In this document: piece after piece, positions 22,448-36,617 of the stretch
Numbering within the stretch: the first letter of the stretch is position 1
Layout of the letters: the number at the start of each line of letters is the position of its first letter
DNA from: Sphaeroforma arctica JP610
Taxonomy: Eukaryota
Direction: 5' to 3'
DNA: 37,270 nt
NCBI RefSeq assembly: GCF_001186125.1
Contig: NW_014039812.1
Location: 1 to 37,270 of the forward strand
Made by a program: the position numbers and the translations under genes
Notes under the pieces: model-generated
Database searches by the model: none
Told to the model about the DNA's origin: nothing
Seen by the model: the letters and a program-made list of their open reading frames with translations, nothing else

Positions 22448-22999
22448 TATCCATTCTAAAATAATTAGGACAAAATTAGTAAAATAATAATATAAAGTTT
22501 CAAAGTTCCATTTGGAACCGCATATATATACTCTAGAATGCAATAAACAAGATGTTATCGAAAACTGCAAAAAAAAAAGGAGAAAACAACTTTGCGAAAG
22601 CTCGGTGGTGCGCATATGAGGCATACTTCCCAAATCATCAAGTTGAGACCAAAATAGGTGACTGATTACAGATCCATTCAAAACGCGTTTGTATCACATA
22701 TAAATATTCTTTGGCGAACATCTTATCACGGGCACCAATATGCCACAGCGGGAGTGCGCTGTGCAGTAGTAATATAAAGCATTTGTACTAATTTAACTTC
22801 ACCTGTGTAGATTCCCTCATAGTGGGACACCGCGCTACTATTAGGGTTACAATATGTACTACTCAACTATCGGACAGGTGGTGTGGTCTGGGTTAAATAA
22901 AACCGCATTAGATAATTTCTACGGTCTCCGATTGGCCGGGGTGGGGCAGGGTCAAGTGATCCAGAGAGCTACCTTCAGATATATCTCTACTGATATAGT

Positions 23000-23600
23000 A
23001 AACTTTGCGTTCCTTTGAAGGGGTAGGGATAAGGATATGCACTACGAAGTGTACTACACAGCAAGTCCATCGATTCCACAGCATTATGGCGATATCCGAT
23101 GTCCTTTTCTGCAAGGGCAGTGTACTGAGGAGAATACCAAACAGGGTCTTACAAAAAACCTACACATTTAGTTATTTAGGTGTGGGTCCGCGTTTTCGCC
23201 AGCCATCTCATTATAGAGCAACGTGTCTCAACTTTGGTGCCCTCCAATTAAGACTTCTCGCGAATATAGGCTGCGGTTGCCGACTTCATATTGAGCAGAA
23301 ACTAAAAGTGACTGATCTGTTTTCTAATGACAGATATGAATATCCTCTGAAATCGTGCCTCGTAATTGGTGTGCCAGCGGCAAGCATGGTTTGAGATTAG
23401 GGATGTCAAGTATATGGTACACTAAGGTTGGTTGCTGTTATTAATGAGGTTCGAGCCTGCAGGTATGAGAAAAGGGTTAAAATAATCTACGAAGTAGTCT
23501 TTTATGCAGCTCAGAGCACTATCATCGACTGAGTAGTTCCTACGGTCAGGTCAAGAGACGGCATGAGCAGCCACTTGTGCAAGATTCAGTTCGGTATATT
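23000..23600 (+). pseudogene. Possible highly decayed LINE RT C-terminal fragment
   Basis: TFSYLGV (about 23165-23185) and, in the same frame after stops, D*GCQVYG (about 23395-23418) resemble the LINE YLG and LDYG motifs. Weak. Confidence 0.3.
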
Positions 23601-23734
23601 ATTGAGCGCACCCCTACTGCGTGCCTCAGACGACCGAAACATTGCAGCAAACGGATTTAGACCCAAGCATGCACTTCTATTGTCTAATCACTAGCGTCTT
23701 AGCAGTTTATTCTCGATTCGCTTCTTGCATTTAA

Positions 23735-26700
23735 TTAGGCGCAAAGGGTCGCGTCGATTTGCCTTAAGGATGGCACAGTTAGCATCAACTTCCGCCTGTA
23801 ATTGACATCCTGATTTGATATCGATTGAATACAGGTTAGTGTGGTATGTACGCAACGGAGGCGGAGGGAAGGTGTTTCCAGATCCTAAAAAAGACGCTGA
23901 TTTTTTTTTGCTGAATTTTGGTCATGAATTGAGCCAATTCCACGTGTAGCTTGATACATTGACGCATGGTTTTCAAAATGAACAAAAATAACGAGGAATT
24001 GCTAAAGCCATGCACAAGTGTGTATCAGAGGCACCTACGTTGTCCTTTGTCATGTCAGATCCCGACAATAAATTGACTATTTAGTATCGGTCGGATACGA
24101 TATCGTATATTTTGGCCTCAATTTTCAGTAATACTTCAAACAGAACCACCAACACCTGAATTGAAAATGGGTGTTATATATATATACAGGCATGCACTAG
24201 TTTCCGCATCACACTGCATAACATAGTTGCTCCACTAGAGTCAAGTATACCTGAAAATGTATGAACGTGCAAGTACTCGTGCATGTTTACGACCGTGTAA
24301 GTATCTATGAATAATGGTACGTATGCATAAATGTGGTTTTACAGGTACATACCTTTGAAATAGGGTTGCCCTCCATGTATACCGTTTGAAGCGTTTTGGA
24401 CTCATAAGGCAACAGCTCGACGTCCTTCCATTCCTCCAGTTGATTACCATTAAACTGTATTTAAACAACATGTAAGAATTTGATGAATTCTCGGTCATTA
24501 AAAAAGAAAAAAGGACTACTTTTCTAGCCAACTTCGGGGTGTCTCCACCATCGGTCCTACAGTGTCTCTACTTTGCTGAGTTGAAACACAATATGGACAT
24601 GTGTGTAGTGCAGTTCCGGATTGAGCTCGCCTGCAATTCCACCGCGGTTGCGTCACCAGAGAAAAAATGTCATCCCTCAGTCGACACGCAACAGTGGGTG
24701 GTACATCGCACTATGTACACTCATGTCTCGGCTTACCACTGCACACCACCCCAAGTTAAAACTTTCCTTAGGACAGTCTGCTTCTTAAGTACTAGACCAC
24801 TGAACATATACAAGTGCGACTAAATTGCCACATACTCAAATATGTATATGAGTAAAGTACATTTAGAAATATAAATAGGCGCATCAAACCAGAAGCTATC
24901 GAGAGAAGCCTTCACGATGACAATGTTTCTCGTAGGTGACCTTACACGGGCACTCGATAGCTACACACGCACATCACACAACCCGCAATATACACAGCCT
25001 TACACAAGCACACAAAGGGTGACTACGCAAACACACACGACATCTGAGCATCCACAATACCCATGCACGCACACAGAAGTACACTGAAAAGGCATGCCAG
25101 AAATGCTGGAGTACGGTACCGATGAACACGTACACGACCCCGTAAACTTCAGACCCAGCGCACATATCAGTGTCGACAAATGTGAGCATTCGGATGCGCT
25201 TGGGGGCGCAAGTAAGTGGCACATGTGCACAATGAAGTTCTTCGCATGAGCTTTAGGCCCAAGCAAGGGTGCACGGTGGTCATGTTCGATTGACTGCGGT
25301 TGTATATTTGTTTAGCAAAACGCCGCTACCAAAAAAGAGGCACGAGTATGCTTGAGCGTGCCCTTTTTCAGAGAAGTTCAGAAGAGTCGCTACATGCACT
25401 GATACTCGTGGAAGCACACACTGACACTCTGACCCACAGACGCATAACACACTAACAAATAGGGGTAGGGGGTGCTCACACGCACATATACAGGTCTACC
25501 CGGAAGCACACACCGTCGTAGGCACAGGTCGAATGATCACTTACCCAGAACTCCTCCAGCTTTGTGAGGTGTTTTATATTGCTTAGCCGTGCGATTCTAT
25601 TCGCCGCCACATCCAGTGTAGTGAGGTTGGTCAGGGAATCTAGGCCCTTGAGTTCGTAGAGCCCGTTGTGACTCATGTATAACTCCTCCAGATCAACATT
25701 GTCTTCTAACCCTTCCAGATCTACAATCCTATTGCTCTGCACGGTTTTCAAGACAAACCAGTCAACGAATGCACAACTAAGTATGCACTTATGGATCTCT
25801 GTGTCCAAGGCTTGATAGGAAGATATACATACCTCTGAATGAGATCCCCATCCACTGAGCAATATCTCAGCTGTCAGGGGGTCAGGCAAAAAGTTGTATA
25901 TGCCTCGATCGAGAGTGACGGATCATGTGCGTATACGTTTAACGACTATATATTGAGGACACCCCCACACCGAATCTCTTTATGTATGTGCGCACCGTAC
26001 AGCCACAAAATAGAATTGCAGCTGACGCAGAACTGTTTGATTTCTTACGAGCACATACACACAACCTGATGGACAGGGATGGGTAACCGCCTGCGACTAC
26101 AAGCCCATATAAAAATGCATGCTGGTTATATAGGCAGCCAAGCACTCTCGCCTGAAGTGCACACACAACCCTCAAGCTTGGAAATACGTGCACCGGATGT
26201 ATATAAACGTACACATATGCTACACACACTCATGCACATGCGGGCGCGATTGGAGTTACCTGTATGCTTAGTACTCTCAGTTTAGGCAGACAACTGATTC
26301 CCTCAATGTGTGTGATTTTGTTCCGGCCCACGAACAGCTGCTCCAGGTTTTGTAAGCTATCCAAATTCTCGATTTTCTAGTACGTCGGGAAAGTGAGTGT
26401 GGGGATTAATTTTCTATTCCTCCGAATAATTCATTGGTGAAGTGTATACTTTCAGTACAAATTCGATATATATAAAATTTCCAGTCGTGATGAGCAGAAT
26501 TTTATAATTACAACCTGAGAGAGAACAGTGCAACTCAAGGCAGTTTGTTCTTTAGGGTTTAGGCTAAACCATAAACCCTAATTGCACGGCCACCGTTAGG
26601 TGCAAGGCGGTTAACTAACGCGACAAGTGGCGGAGACACTTCAGTGAGCCACCTACCGCTGAAGTCGAAGGCGCGTGTTGGGAATAGTCGCGAGAAGAGT

Positions 26701-29396
26701 ATTGGAGAAACTTCAGGAAATTTCAGAGAGCGAGATGTGTGTGGAGGTAAGAGAAAACACGACTCTTTCACAATAAATAGATAGAACTGACGAGCGTCAG
26801 AGTTTCAGTTGATGCGTATAACGGCTTAGGTTCTATACCACAATTGAGTCATGATGACAAGGGCCATATCACATCAGATATACACAGAAAGCAGACAGGC
26901 ACGTCGAAAACATTCATGTTGGTAAACGTATTTACGTACGCCATGATCCTGTACAACTCAGCGCTTGTTCAATATGTATGCAACATAGGCCGATACGTCT
27001 ATTCGAAGGATCGATATCTTGTAATAGAGCAGCTCCAATAGTACAGAGAATGCAACTATGCATTGCGAGTATACAACGCCAATGATAACACCCACAACTC
27101 AGCACTAGGTCTGTAGTGGGCACGTGCTGCGCGCAGACTGAACAGTCGCCACGTGTAGCCATCGATTTAAACTTACCTACCAAACCATAACACCTAGCAT
27201 TGAAACTCGCAAAAGTGCGTTCCTTGACTCTCCGAGAACGTACACCTATACGAATATCAGTATTTGTTATACCAGACACCAGAACGCCGGCTATACTCAC
27301 CCTAATACGGTTGGAGCCCAACTCGAGATACTTCAGTTTGGTGAGTGTCGACAAGTTCTCAATGGTAGTGATTTTATTGCTTATAAGGAAGAGCTGGGGA
27401 AATGGGGTATACGGGGAAAGAGGAAGATGCATTAAAGAAGCAATGTGATGGCACTTGACGGAGACAGACCACTTTTAAATGTGATGCCCTATCCACTTTT
27501 TAACCTATATAAGCTATATATACGTTTCAACGAGAAGTAGGTACTCAGTACTACGCAACAGGAAGCAAAGATGAGCTTAATCAACACAAGAGACGTATGG
27601 AAAGTTGTAGAGGTATCGAATTGACACAAAACACTATATGGTAGGATATGGGAGTATACTACAACGAAACACTATATAGTAGGATATAAGAGTATACTAA
27701 AATAAGACACTCTATAATAGGATATAATAAAACACTATATGGTAGGATATGGGAGTATACTACAACAAAACACTATATAGTAGGATATTAAAATAAGACA
27801 CTATATAATAGGATATAATAAAACACTATATAGTAGGATGTAATAAAACACTTTGAAGTAGGATATAAGAGTATACTAAAATAAAACACTATATAGTAGG
27901 ATACAATAAATCACTATGTAGTAGGATATAATAAATCATTATATAGTAGGATATAATAAATCATTATATATTAGGATATAATAAAACACTATATAGTAGG
28001 ATATGGGGGTATACTGAGATGAAACACTATACAGTAGAGTATAGGAGTATACTAAAATAAAACACTATATAGTAGGGTACAGGAATGTACTAAAACAACC
28101 GAGAGGCGAAGAAAAAGTGAGAACTTTGAGAGAGCATCAAGAACGCTGTAGAGACAGTTAGTGAACAGTAGGAAGCTTCATGAACGGGGGGGGGGGTGGT
28201 GACTATAAAAGGAATACAAACATCAACGCCCAAGGAGGTACGTAGTGGCCCTACAATTCTATTAGAGTGGTGCTTCAAAGTTGCCTGGTCCTTCAATTCA
28301 CAACACCAGTACACTCACCCACTACAGGTTCGCTAGATTAGCAAAAATGGGCACAGCACAACGAACCGCGTTGGACTCGCTGATATGAGACTAATAGACA
28401 CCTCTCTATCTAAGGCATAGGGTAGACGTATTGGAAAAGAGGCCAGAGATAACATACCTCCGGATGAGGAAATGGACCACAATACTAGACTGGCCTCTAA
28501 AACCCTAAACCACAAACTCTAAAGATTGAACCTCGGAACCATTCTATATTTAGGCAAACATACCTTTTCCAGATTGACCAGGCTCTCCAAGTTTTCGATT
28601 TTGCGGATGCCATTGAAGGACAAATCCAGCACACTGCACATCATCAAAGGGTGGAGAAGAAGAAAAACAGAGCGTTAGGGAGATACCAGAAACAGTGCCG
28701 TGAGTACGAAATTGTGCTAAAAATAGACACAGACCCAAACCTATATATGGAAGCCCACACACACAGGCGCCGTGAGTTGTACAGGGCGCTCCGGCACATA
28801 CGTTAACTTGGTCATAGCAGCCAGACCCTCCATCTTGGTAAGGCGATTATCGTACAGGTCCAAGTCAGTCACTTCCCCACAGTCTTCGAATCCCTCAATA
28901 CGTTGGATGTAGTTCTGACGGAGGCACAAGGCTTCTACTTTGGTCATGCCTTGGAACATGTCGCCGATTTCAACCAGCCTGGCATGCGATGCCATGACCT
29001 CTGTGTATAAATGAAGGTACAGGTGAATACTTGCTAGGGTATGTATAGAATGTAGCTTAAACGCAAGGTTCCATTGGTGGATTTGGTTATGGAATATATA
29101 TATACGTATNNNNNNNNNNNNNNNNNNNNGCATATTCTTAAGTGGCTCGGATGACGTACATGAATACAATACAATGGTCGTTTGGAGATGCTTTTAATGA
29201 CAAATAATATGTATACACGGTATACGGACGAAATTAGACGCAAAAATCATAAATCAATTTCAAGCAGAAAAATAAAACCAAATAAAAAAATGTGTATATG
29301 AACATAATATGAATACGAATATGAATATAAAGAGCCGATATAAATGCGAACATAAATATAAATGTATATGTAAATATAAATGTAGATGTGAATATA

Positions 29397-29435
<39 letters not shown>

Positions 29436-29570
29436 TATATTGTATATATATATATACATACATATATACTTTTATATATACATTCAAATATACATAAATA
29501 CTTACATACTAACATATATACATGCAAACATACATACATAAATGCATACATACATATACATATATATATA

Positions 29571-29609
<39 letters not shown>

Positions 29610-29897
29610 TATATATATATTGAACATATACACGACTATATTCCCAAGTCTACTAGTTGCAATCCATCACTTGCAAAGCAGTGATACATACTTACCCAGA
29701 CTATCAGGGCCAAGTCCTTCGATTTCGTACTGCTCTCCAGTAGTATTATGATTGGTAGGCTCAGACATTCCTTGTGTTGGTGACCCAGGTGTCGACGTTG
29801 GCGGTGATTGAAGTACCGCCATATTGATCGGATCGCTTGGCACCATCTCATTGTTGTTAATGATCTCAATCTGTGCGCGAGGTTTCTCCTCCGCCAT
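23735..29897 (-). CDS. SDS22: Protein phosphatase 1 regulatory subunit 7 (Sds22, LRR protein), 349 aa; exons 29897-29696, 29000-28802, 28633-28564, 27393-27301, 26376-26260, 25736-25545, 24454-24353, 23809-23735
   Basis: Eight GT-AG exons with consistent phases total 1050 nt. SDS22-class LRRs: [72 protein letters not shown] cap: [32 protein letters not shown], then TAA. Confidence 0.96.
27625..28085. repeat. AT-rich minisatellite (core AAAACACTATATAGTAGGATAT, variable units of about 24-41 bp) in an SDS22 intron
   Basis: The core recurs more than ten times with alternating short and long spacers. Confidence 0.9.
29110..29129. other. Assembly gap (20 N) in SDS22 intron 1
   Basis: Run of N. 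Confidence 1.
29390..29620. repeat. (TA)n and (CA)n microsatellites in SDS22 intron 1
   Basis: TA runs at about 29392-29460 and a CA run at about 29573-29604. Confidence 0.9.
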
Positions 29898-31043
29898 TAC
29901 GGAAGAAAATATACGCAATAGGTTTATATGATAGAATGCAGGTTATATACGTGTACGTATGCGCGTACTTATGGTTGTGCTTAACATATTCGCAGGAACT
30001 GAGTACATGTACTCTATCGTACTGTTTAAAGCTCAAGAGAAGTCATAGGAAGTATTCCAGAAGTTCTATTTTTTACGTTAGAACGTAAAACAGTCAACGC
30101 ATGCAGTAATTTCGTGTTTACGTTAAAAATGTTTACATTGGTTTGTTCTTAGTGTGTGATACAGGTGCAAGAATGAGGTTCCGAGGTGTAATATATAACT
30201 AATGGTACATAATATAGTTCAATTCGTTCTCGAAATAGGTTAGACCCTTTCTTGCCCGCTTTTTTCGTTTCAACGGTTCAACTATTTACGTTTGCGTTCA
30301 ACGTATATGCTGAACTATTACAATGTATTGAGGTTTGGCTAAAATATTTAAAAGAAGCTGGGAGCGTAGCCGTAGACTCAAAATCGGCGTATCAAAGAGT
30401 TAAATTGCTCAAAATGATAAAAAGCCGGCAAAATGGATTTCACGTGTTTATAGTACAAATATATTATATTGATGCAAGATGAACATTTGTGAGTATATAT
30501 CTATCGGTAATTACACACGGTGCAAATGACAACCAGTCATATTTCTATTGAAGATTTTATGTACGTCGCTCGTATATATACAAACATATAATATATACAT
30601 ATTTCCATAGTAAGAGTCCAGTGGGCTGTAGTGAATATTTAATTGCCGACATCGCTAGGCCTGTCGCCATAGTAACCTAAGGTATACATATTCAGCTTTC
30701 AGTCTCGCCTTTTCTTCTCGTGAAGCGCGAAACCTGGCATGCATTATGCAAACAAGTTCGAAACATTCTAACGACGGGTATAAATAAATTAGTGTGAAGA
30801 TATTTGTAAAGTAGAATACTTGTCATGGTTTTTAGTATCGCATACGTACATGGTGTGTATATCCTCCTTGTCCCATGCGATTATACATCACCAATATTCA
30901 AGTAAGTTTCTGTGCACAGTGTGATTAGTATGCATATACTTGATATTTTGAATATATGTCGCGGAAGTTTGAAGATATCTGTGAGTCAGTGGGGAAACGT
31001 TTTATGTGTTCTGTTTGTCGGATGCATATGAATACATCCATAC

Positions 31044-31309
31044 NNNNNNNNNNNNNNNNNNNNNNNNNNNNNNNNNNNNNNNNNNNNNNNNNNNNNNNNN
31101 NNNNNNNNNNNNNNNNNNNNNNNNNNNNNNNNNNNNNNNNNNNNNNNNNNNNNNNNNNNNNNNNNNNNNNNNNNNNNNNNNNNNNNNNNNNNNNNNNNNN
31201 NNNNNNNNNNNNNNNNNNNNNNNNNNNNNNNNNNNNNNNNNNNNNNNNNNNNNNNNNNNNNNNNNNNNNNNNNNNNNNNNNNNNNNNNNNNNNNNNNNNN
31301 NNNNNNNNN
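31044..31309. other. Assembly gap (266 N), followed by (CA)n/(TA)n
   Basis: Run of N; microsatellite at 31310-31385. Confidence 1.
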
Positions 31310-31334
31310 CACACACACACACACACACACACAT

Positions 31335-31385
<51 letters not shown>

Positions 31386-31572
31386 CAAACGCACGCAGGT
31401 TGTTTCCTCTTGTCTACTGGCATAAAGAGTAGTATTGATACTTACTTTGAACGTAGTGGCCGCACTTTGGTACTGCAGGATCATTTCTATTTTCAATCTC
31501 AATAACGCAATAATCAACTTCATATATAGCAGATCCCAATTAATTCAAGCACGTGCATGCTCATCTACCGGT

Positions 31573-33387
31573 ATGGATCCCGATATCAAGAAGAAACTGG
31601 TACTTCAATCATGCGAAGCCGGTGATAAGTTCTCAACGACCTTCTACAGTATGTTTGACACGGAGAGACACAAAGTCGGGCATCTGTACAACGAAGATGC
31701 AACGCTCATATGGAACGGGCACGCCCTGAGCGGCAAGAAGGATATTCAGGTGGGTAGCTGTAGTCATACAGGAGAGGGATCACAGGAGAGGGATCGCATA
31801 CTGATCATCCATGACATTAACATCCTGTTGCTGCTACGTACAATCAAACCATACAGGAGATGCGTCTTGATCTGATCCTGTCCGTTTATGTAAAAGTACC
31901 ACCTGGCTGTCAATCGTTTGTTTGGTTTAGCCAGTACATGCTGCGTGTATCACGTATCACACCCTGTCCCCATGTTGCATTTGTAGTCGAGTCACTGGTG
32001 GTTTCCATGGGCATTACCAATGGTTATAGTGTCACAGTATGCATCCATGGTATCATCTTGCCTGTCCCGAGTCGTGGCCTATAGCTAACCCGTCTTTTGT
32101 GCTCATGCTCACAGGCATTTCTAATGGAGAAGGTCCCGTCAACGAGGACCGTTATAACGGATGTCGACTGTCAACCGGCTCCAAGTATGTGTTGCGATAC
32201 GTTTAATACACGCGTTACTATATGTCGGGCACGCTCTGGTAGTCTTTATATAATCCCGTATCCACAGATGATACTCACGGCTAGGTGATAGCGCCACCGC
32301 TAAAGAACATGACCGTTAGGCTGTGTGCACATGTCTCGATTGGAATGAGCCCTCAAATGTCTGTGACTGACATTGTCCCGTTGAAAGTTTCGTACTTGCT
32401 TTGTCAGAAAGGCAGTCCATGAGCAGCTATACCTACCAACACTCGTAGTGCGTACTGCAATGTGGTGTGTGAGTAGGCGTTATGACGTACAGCCAGTGCG
32501 GTGGCATACACTAGTTTTTGTGTTCCCGCTGATACTGATGGGTTGCGCAAGTACAACCATCGTCCCAACACCATAGAGTAATCTCAATACTAATCTCATT
32601 ACCATATAGTGCTGGACTTAGTATCTTGGGCACGGATACGCGCTATGTAGAATGTGCATAAATTGGGGTGGACTGCAATACTAATGTTAGCAAAGTTGGG
32701 ACAGTCTCTTTGTTTCTGTCAGTCGACGAGCGTCAACCACTCACGCTAGGCCTGACCTGAATGTGACTTTTAAAAGCATCCGTATTCGACCATTGCATAC
32801 ACAATCCTTATTTTTCAAATCTCGATTTTTTTATTACTGTCATTTACTGATAGGTGTGTGCGGAGATGAGAGCACTCTGTTGGTGACTGTGGTGGGTAAA
32901 GTAAAGTACGACACAGAGGATGTGCCGTTCCCCTTCGGAGAGACCTTCATAATGGTAAGCCTGTGCTCACAGTTGCACTGTGAGTTTTATATCTCTTGGC
33001 ATACGGTGCATCTAGAAGTGTATAGGCGTTTGTACACAAGTACAAATGTACTTATGTACATATGTACCGAACCATACACACCCCACCAACACACACATAG
33101 TACAACTGAAGACTGATGTGCTATAGAGATGCTACCACCCGGTTCTGTACGCCACCGGCCGAGCATTGTTCGCATATCGGTGTCTATATACGTGTAAGCA
33201 TATTCAAGCATATACAAATCTTAACACATCGGGGTATTGTTTTATCTGTTCTTGTTCTTCTTATATGGGGTTTTTAATTGCAATTTATCTTAACATATCT
33301 TTCGGATTTTTGGTTCAATTCCAGTCCAAGCAACAGGATGGAAGGTACCTGGTGCGGAGTAACAACTTCCGGTGTATGGTGGCCTAG
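31573..33387 (+). CDS. NXT1: NTF2-related export protein (NXT1/p15), 136 aa; exons 31573-31749, 32115-32184, 32854-32954, 33325-33387
   Basis: Phase-consistent GT-AG exons total 411 nt. Motifs SCEAGDKFSTTFYSMFDTERH, LYNEDATLIWNGHALSG, DVDCQP, TLLVTVVGKVKY, FGETFIM and SNNFR match NXT1 (WNGN, DCQP, SDCFR) rather than NTF2. The start codon is not proven; an upstream exon near the gap is possible. Confidence 0.9.
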
Positions 33388-33439
33388 ATCTTCACCGATT
33401 ATCCCGCTAAAAGGCTCAATTTAGTGCTCGGACCCCCAA

Positions 33440-33650
33440 AAAATGGTATCTCCAAACCTAAATTCAGGACAAGGGTCTTGAATTTAGCCTAATATTGAGA
33501 CGTCCTAGCTGGACCGAAATTTTGCATCTCCAACGGACGCTTTTACAGCTTCTTATCGAGATGTTTTAGCGGTCCCGAAATCTGGCAACCATCTGGATTC
33601 ATGACCAGGGTCTCGATTACAGCTTATTATCGAGATTTCTAGACGGACTG
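33440..33650. repeat. Degenerate repeat downstream of NXT1
   Basis: TTACAGCTT.TTATCGAGAT and ATTCA.GAC.AGGGTCT.GA each occur twice, with CCGAAAT recurring. Confidence 0.6.
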
Positions 33651-34629
33651 GAGCTTCCATATGATTTTATTTAATCTAGTATATATGCACCCTTATGATT
33701 ATAATCATATATAGAAGCTTTCTCGGCTACAGCCACATACCATTGCATTCCTTATCAAGTACTTGATGACAAGCATCCTTCCAGTACACTAATGGCGAAA
33801 CCCGTGATAGCAGACAATCACAGCAGGGTTAAAATTTGCGATCTGACGACAATAAAACTAGTTAAAAACGTAGCATTTCAAGTGGAATAAATAACTTCCA
33901 CCATCAGCGCACTTGGTATGGCTATAAATACAATTTCGTCAAGGGCTTGCTTTCGAGTATTCAAAATGTCAACAAATATGACTTCTACAATCTTTTATTT
34001 CTTTGAATGTGCGCGACTTCCCCAGTCAGCACGACACAGCGGACTCGCTCATACACTCGACGGGTATGTACGGTTTATATATGTATATATATTTACATGC
34101 ACCTAGACCACACACTTGTGCGCGTCTTCGTACAACCACGCACCATCCAAACGTAAACGGGCACACTGGGCACGCACTTGCATGTCCGGCGCACTTAACT
34201 ATGTGAAGTTCGCTACATGAACTAATAAGGCCCCCCTCACCACATGGCTAGATCTCATTCACTTATCCGGGCGAGCTACCGAGAACCGCCGAACTAAGTG
34301 TAGCATGCACGAGCCAGGGATAGACATGTACGTGCATGATGTCATATCAGATGCACACAGACTAGTACCGTCGCTAGAACCGTATTGATACATGTGTATG
34401 GATGGCACATGCATACACACGGATACTCCACCCAGGTATATGTGGTATACGATATCAGTTAAAAATCTGTACATACACATGGCACATCGTAACTCCTCCT
34501 GCTTGGCCTGACATGTGCGACTCGACCGTACCCAAGACCCTTCACACAGATAACTATATCAAGGGGTATGTATTTGGTTGACATATACACCAACACGGAG
34601 ACTGTAAGTGTTGGTCTTGTCGACGTCTC

Positions 34630-36617
34630 TCAGCCCTCCTTGGTCCCCTCTACCTCCACCTCAACAATCGCCTGCTGCACATCGTCCATCTGCAAGTCTT
34701 TCTTGCACGCATGCTCACCGGCCGACCCCTGGGTCACGCCATCCGACCCCTGGTTTTTACCATCTAAAACCTGGTTTTTAGCGGGTTCGTCATCTTCAGG
34801 CTCTTCCTCCCCATCCGATTCCTGCTTGGACCGTCCATCCTTGAAGTAGTTGGACATGTCTTCGCCTCTCTCTTCCGCACGGAAATATGACCGACGCTCT
34901 CGTTCAGACAGCAGTGCTAGTCGCTGCTGGAGTGCAATCTCAGCCGCCTATAAGGGAACGGGCGTAGTTATTGTTAAGGGAACGGGCGTAGTTATTGTTA
35001 AGGTGTGGGCGTAGTTATTGTTAAGGTGTGTATGCGATGAAGTACCAACAATTCCAGGAACAAGAATAAATCTATAGGTACATATAGGCATGTATATAAT
35101 GAGTGGGTCTATAGGAAGATGTGCAATGATGTACATTAGTATATCCATATGCGATACAGAAAAGTGAGCAGATTTGGTGTGTGATCAATGTAATACTCTG
35201 GTAGGCATACTGTTGCACTATTCTACAAAAGAGTAAACCTCACTGAATACTTCAGCGATGCCTCTGTGAACTTTGCGACCACAAAATACACCCTAGTAAC
35301 AGGCCAGCTAACAACGTATAGAAAAGTTAAACTGCATGTAATATGTAGGTAGCTCAGAAAAAATTCGTTCGTCATAAGAGTCGCTGGCGCGAGCCGTGCA
35401 TGATCTCTGGTATACGGAACGAGGAATTCGACATGACATCATAGCAACCAAACGTATTGCAACTTCTAATATGCACAAAGGTAGGAAGTAACTGCTTGTG
35501 GTGACTATATAGAAGTGAAAATGTTGTTTTATTGTAGAGACATGCTCCGATATGAAGCGTGCGTGTATGCGATTGCACTAAAACGTGACATTGCTTGTTG
35601 CGAAGACACAAAGCATTATAGACAGAAAAGCTATGCGGATATGCGAGCACACTTTTAAACATGAATAAGGTCATAGACCGACACACACAAACAACATTCA
35701 GCATGTTCTTCAGCGAAGCCTATTCATGGACTAATACTGGCGCCTCCGGATATTTGTATCACTTCTTCATAAAAAAACACTATACTTGTGCGAGTACTGT
35801 TAAGAAACAGATTGATGCCATAATGGCCTCGCCTATTGTAAGTCATGTCAAGCAAATATATACATATACATATTTACATACATACATGTATATATATATA
35901 TACATATACATGTATATTATGTGTATAGGTTTTAGCTATACATAAATACATTGTATGAAAATTGAGACTCGTGCCCAGTCAGCGATAGTACGAATTAAAT
36001 AGGTGATCTGCTTTTCACTGGGATTGCTATAGAAATAACATATAAGATAGGTACACCTTCGCTCCGATAGTATAGTACTTTAAATTGCAAAAAAAGACGT
36101 ATGCAACTTTTAGTGTATAGAAAAATCAAAGAATACAATGTGAGTACTATCTATAAAAGCGTGTAGATTTTGCATCGACAGGGCTTCGTTTACGAGGGCA
36201 CAATAGACACCTACAGAAAAATCCAAAATAAAAAACCATATACCGGTCTAATACATAAAAACCACTTACCAATTCCTCTGCTTCCGTTGCCTTGTTGATC
36301 ACCTCGCCGCTCTGTGTACACTTCGCACACACGCCCTTGCTATGCGCGCAATCCTTACACAGCACGTGGTACGCACGTGTGATCTTCTTCTCGCCACATC
36401 CCGTACATCTCTTCTCTGTCTTCAAGGGCTTGTATTTCTTAAACTTCTTGCGCCATTCTATCTGTTCGTGGCATCGCGGACAAACACCCGAGTTGTTCAT
36501 CTTGAAGATGCGATTGGACTTACGACTTTTCGAGTCATGTTGGAACGTGAGCTTGTTCTGGTGTGTCTGTCCAGTCTTTTTGTTGCCAGACTTGGCCGAG
36601 GATACGCGCCCAGACAT
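34630..36617 (-). CDS. C9orf85: C9orf85 / DUF2039 family Cys-rich protein, 221 aa; exons 36617-36270 and 34947-34630
   Basis: Family signature QTHQNKLTF.H, GVCPRCHEQIEWRKKFKKYKPL, CTGC..ITRAYHVLCKDCA..GVCAKC. A phase-0 intron (GTAAGT...TTATAG) joins to LSERERRSYFR and an acidic tail. Confidence 0.92.
34951..35026. repeat. 24-bp tandem repeat (3 units) abutting the C9orf85 splice acceptor
   Basis: TAAGG..GGGCGTAGTTATTGT is repeated three times. Confidence 0.9.

Noticed and set aside
26487..26520. C/D-box snoRNA (GTGATGA ... CTGA) in an SDS22 intron
   Set aside because: The boxes are too close together, with no terminal stem or second D box at a plausible distance.
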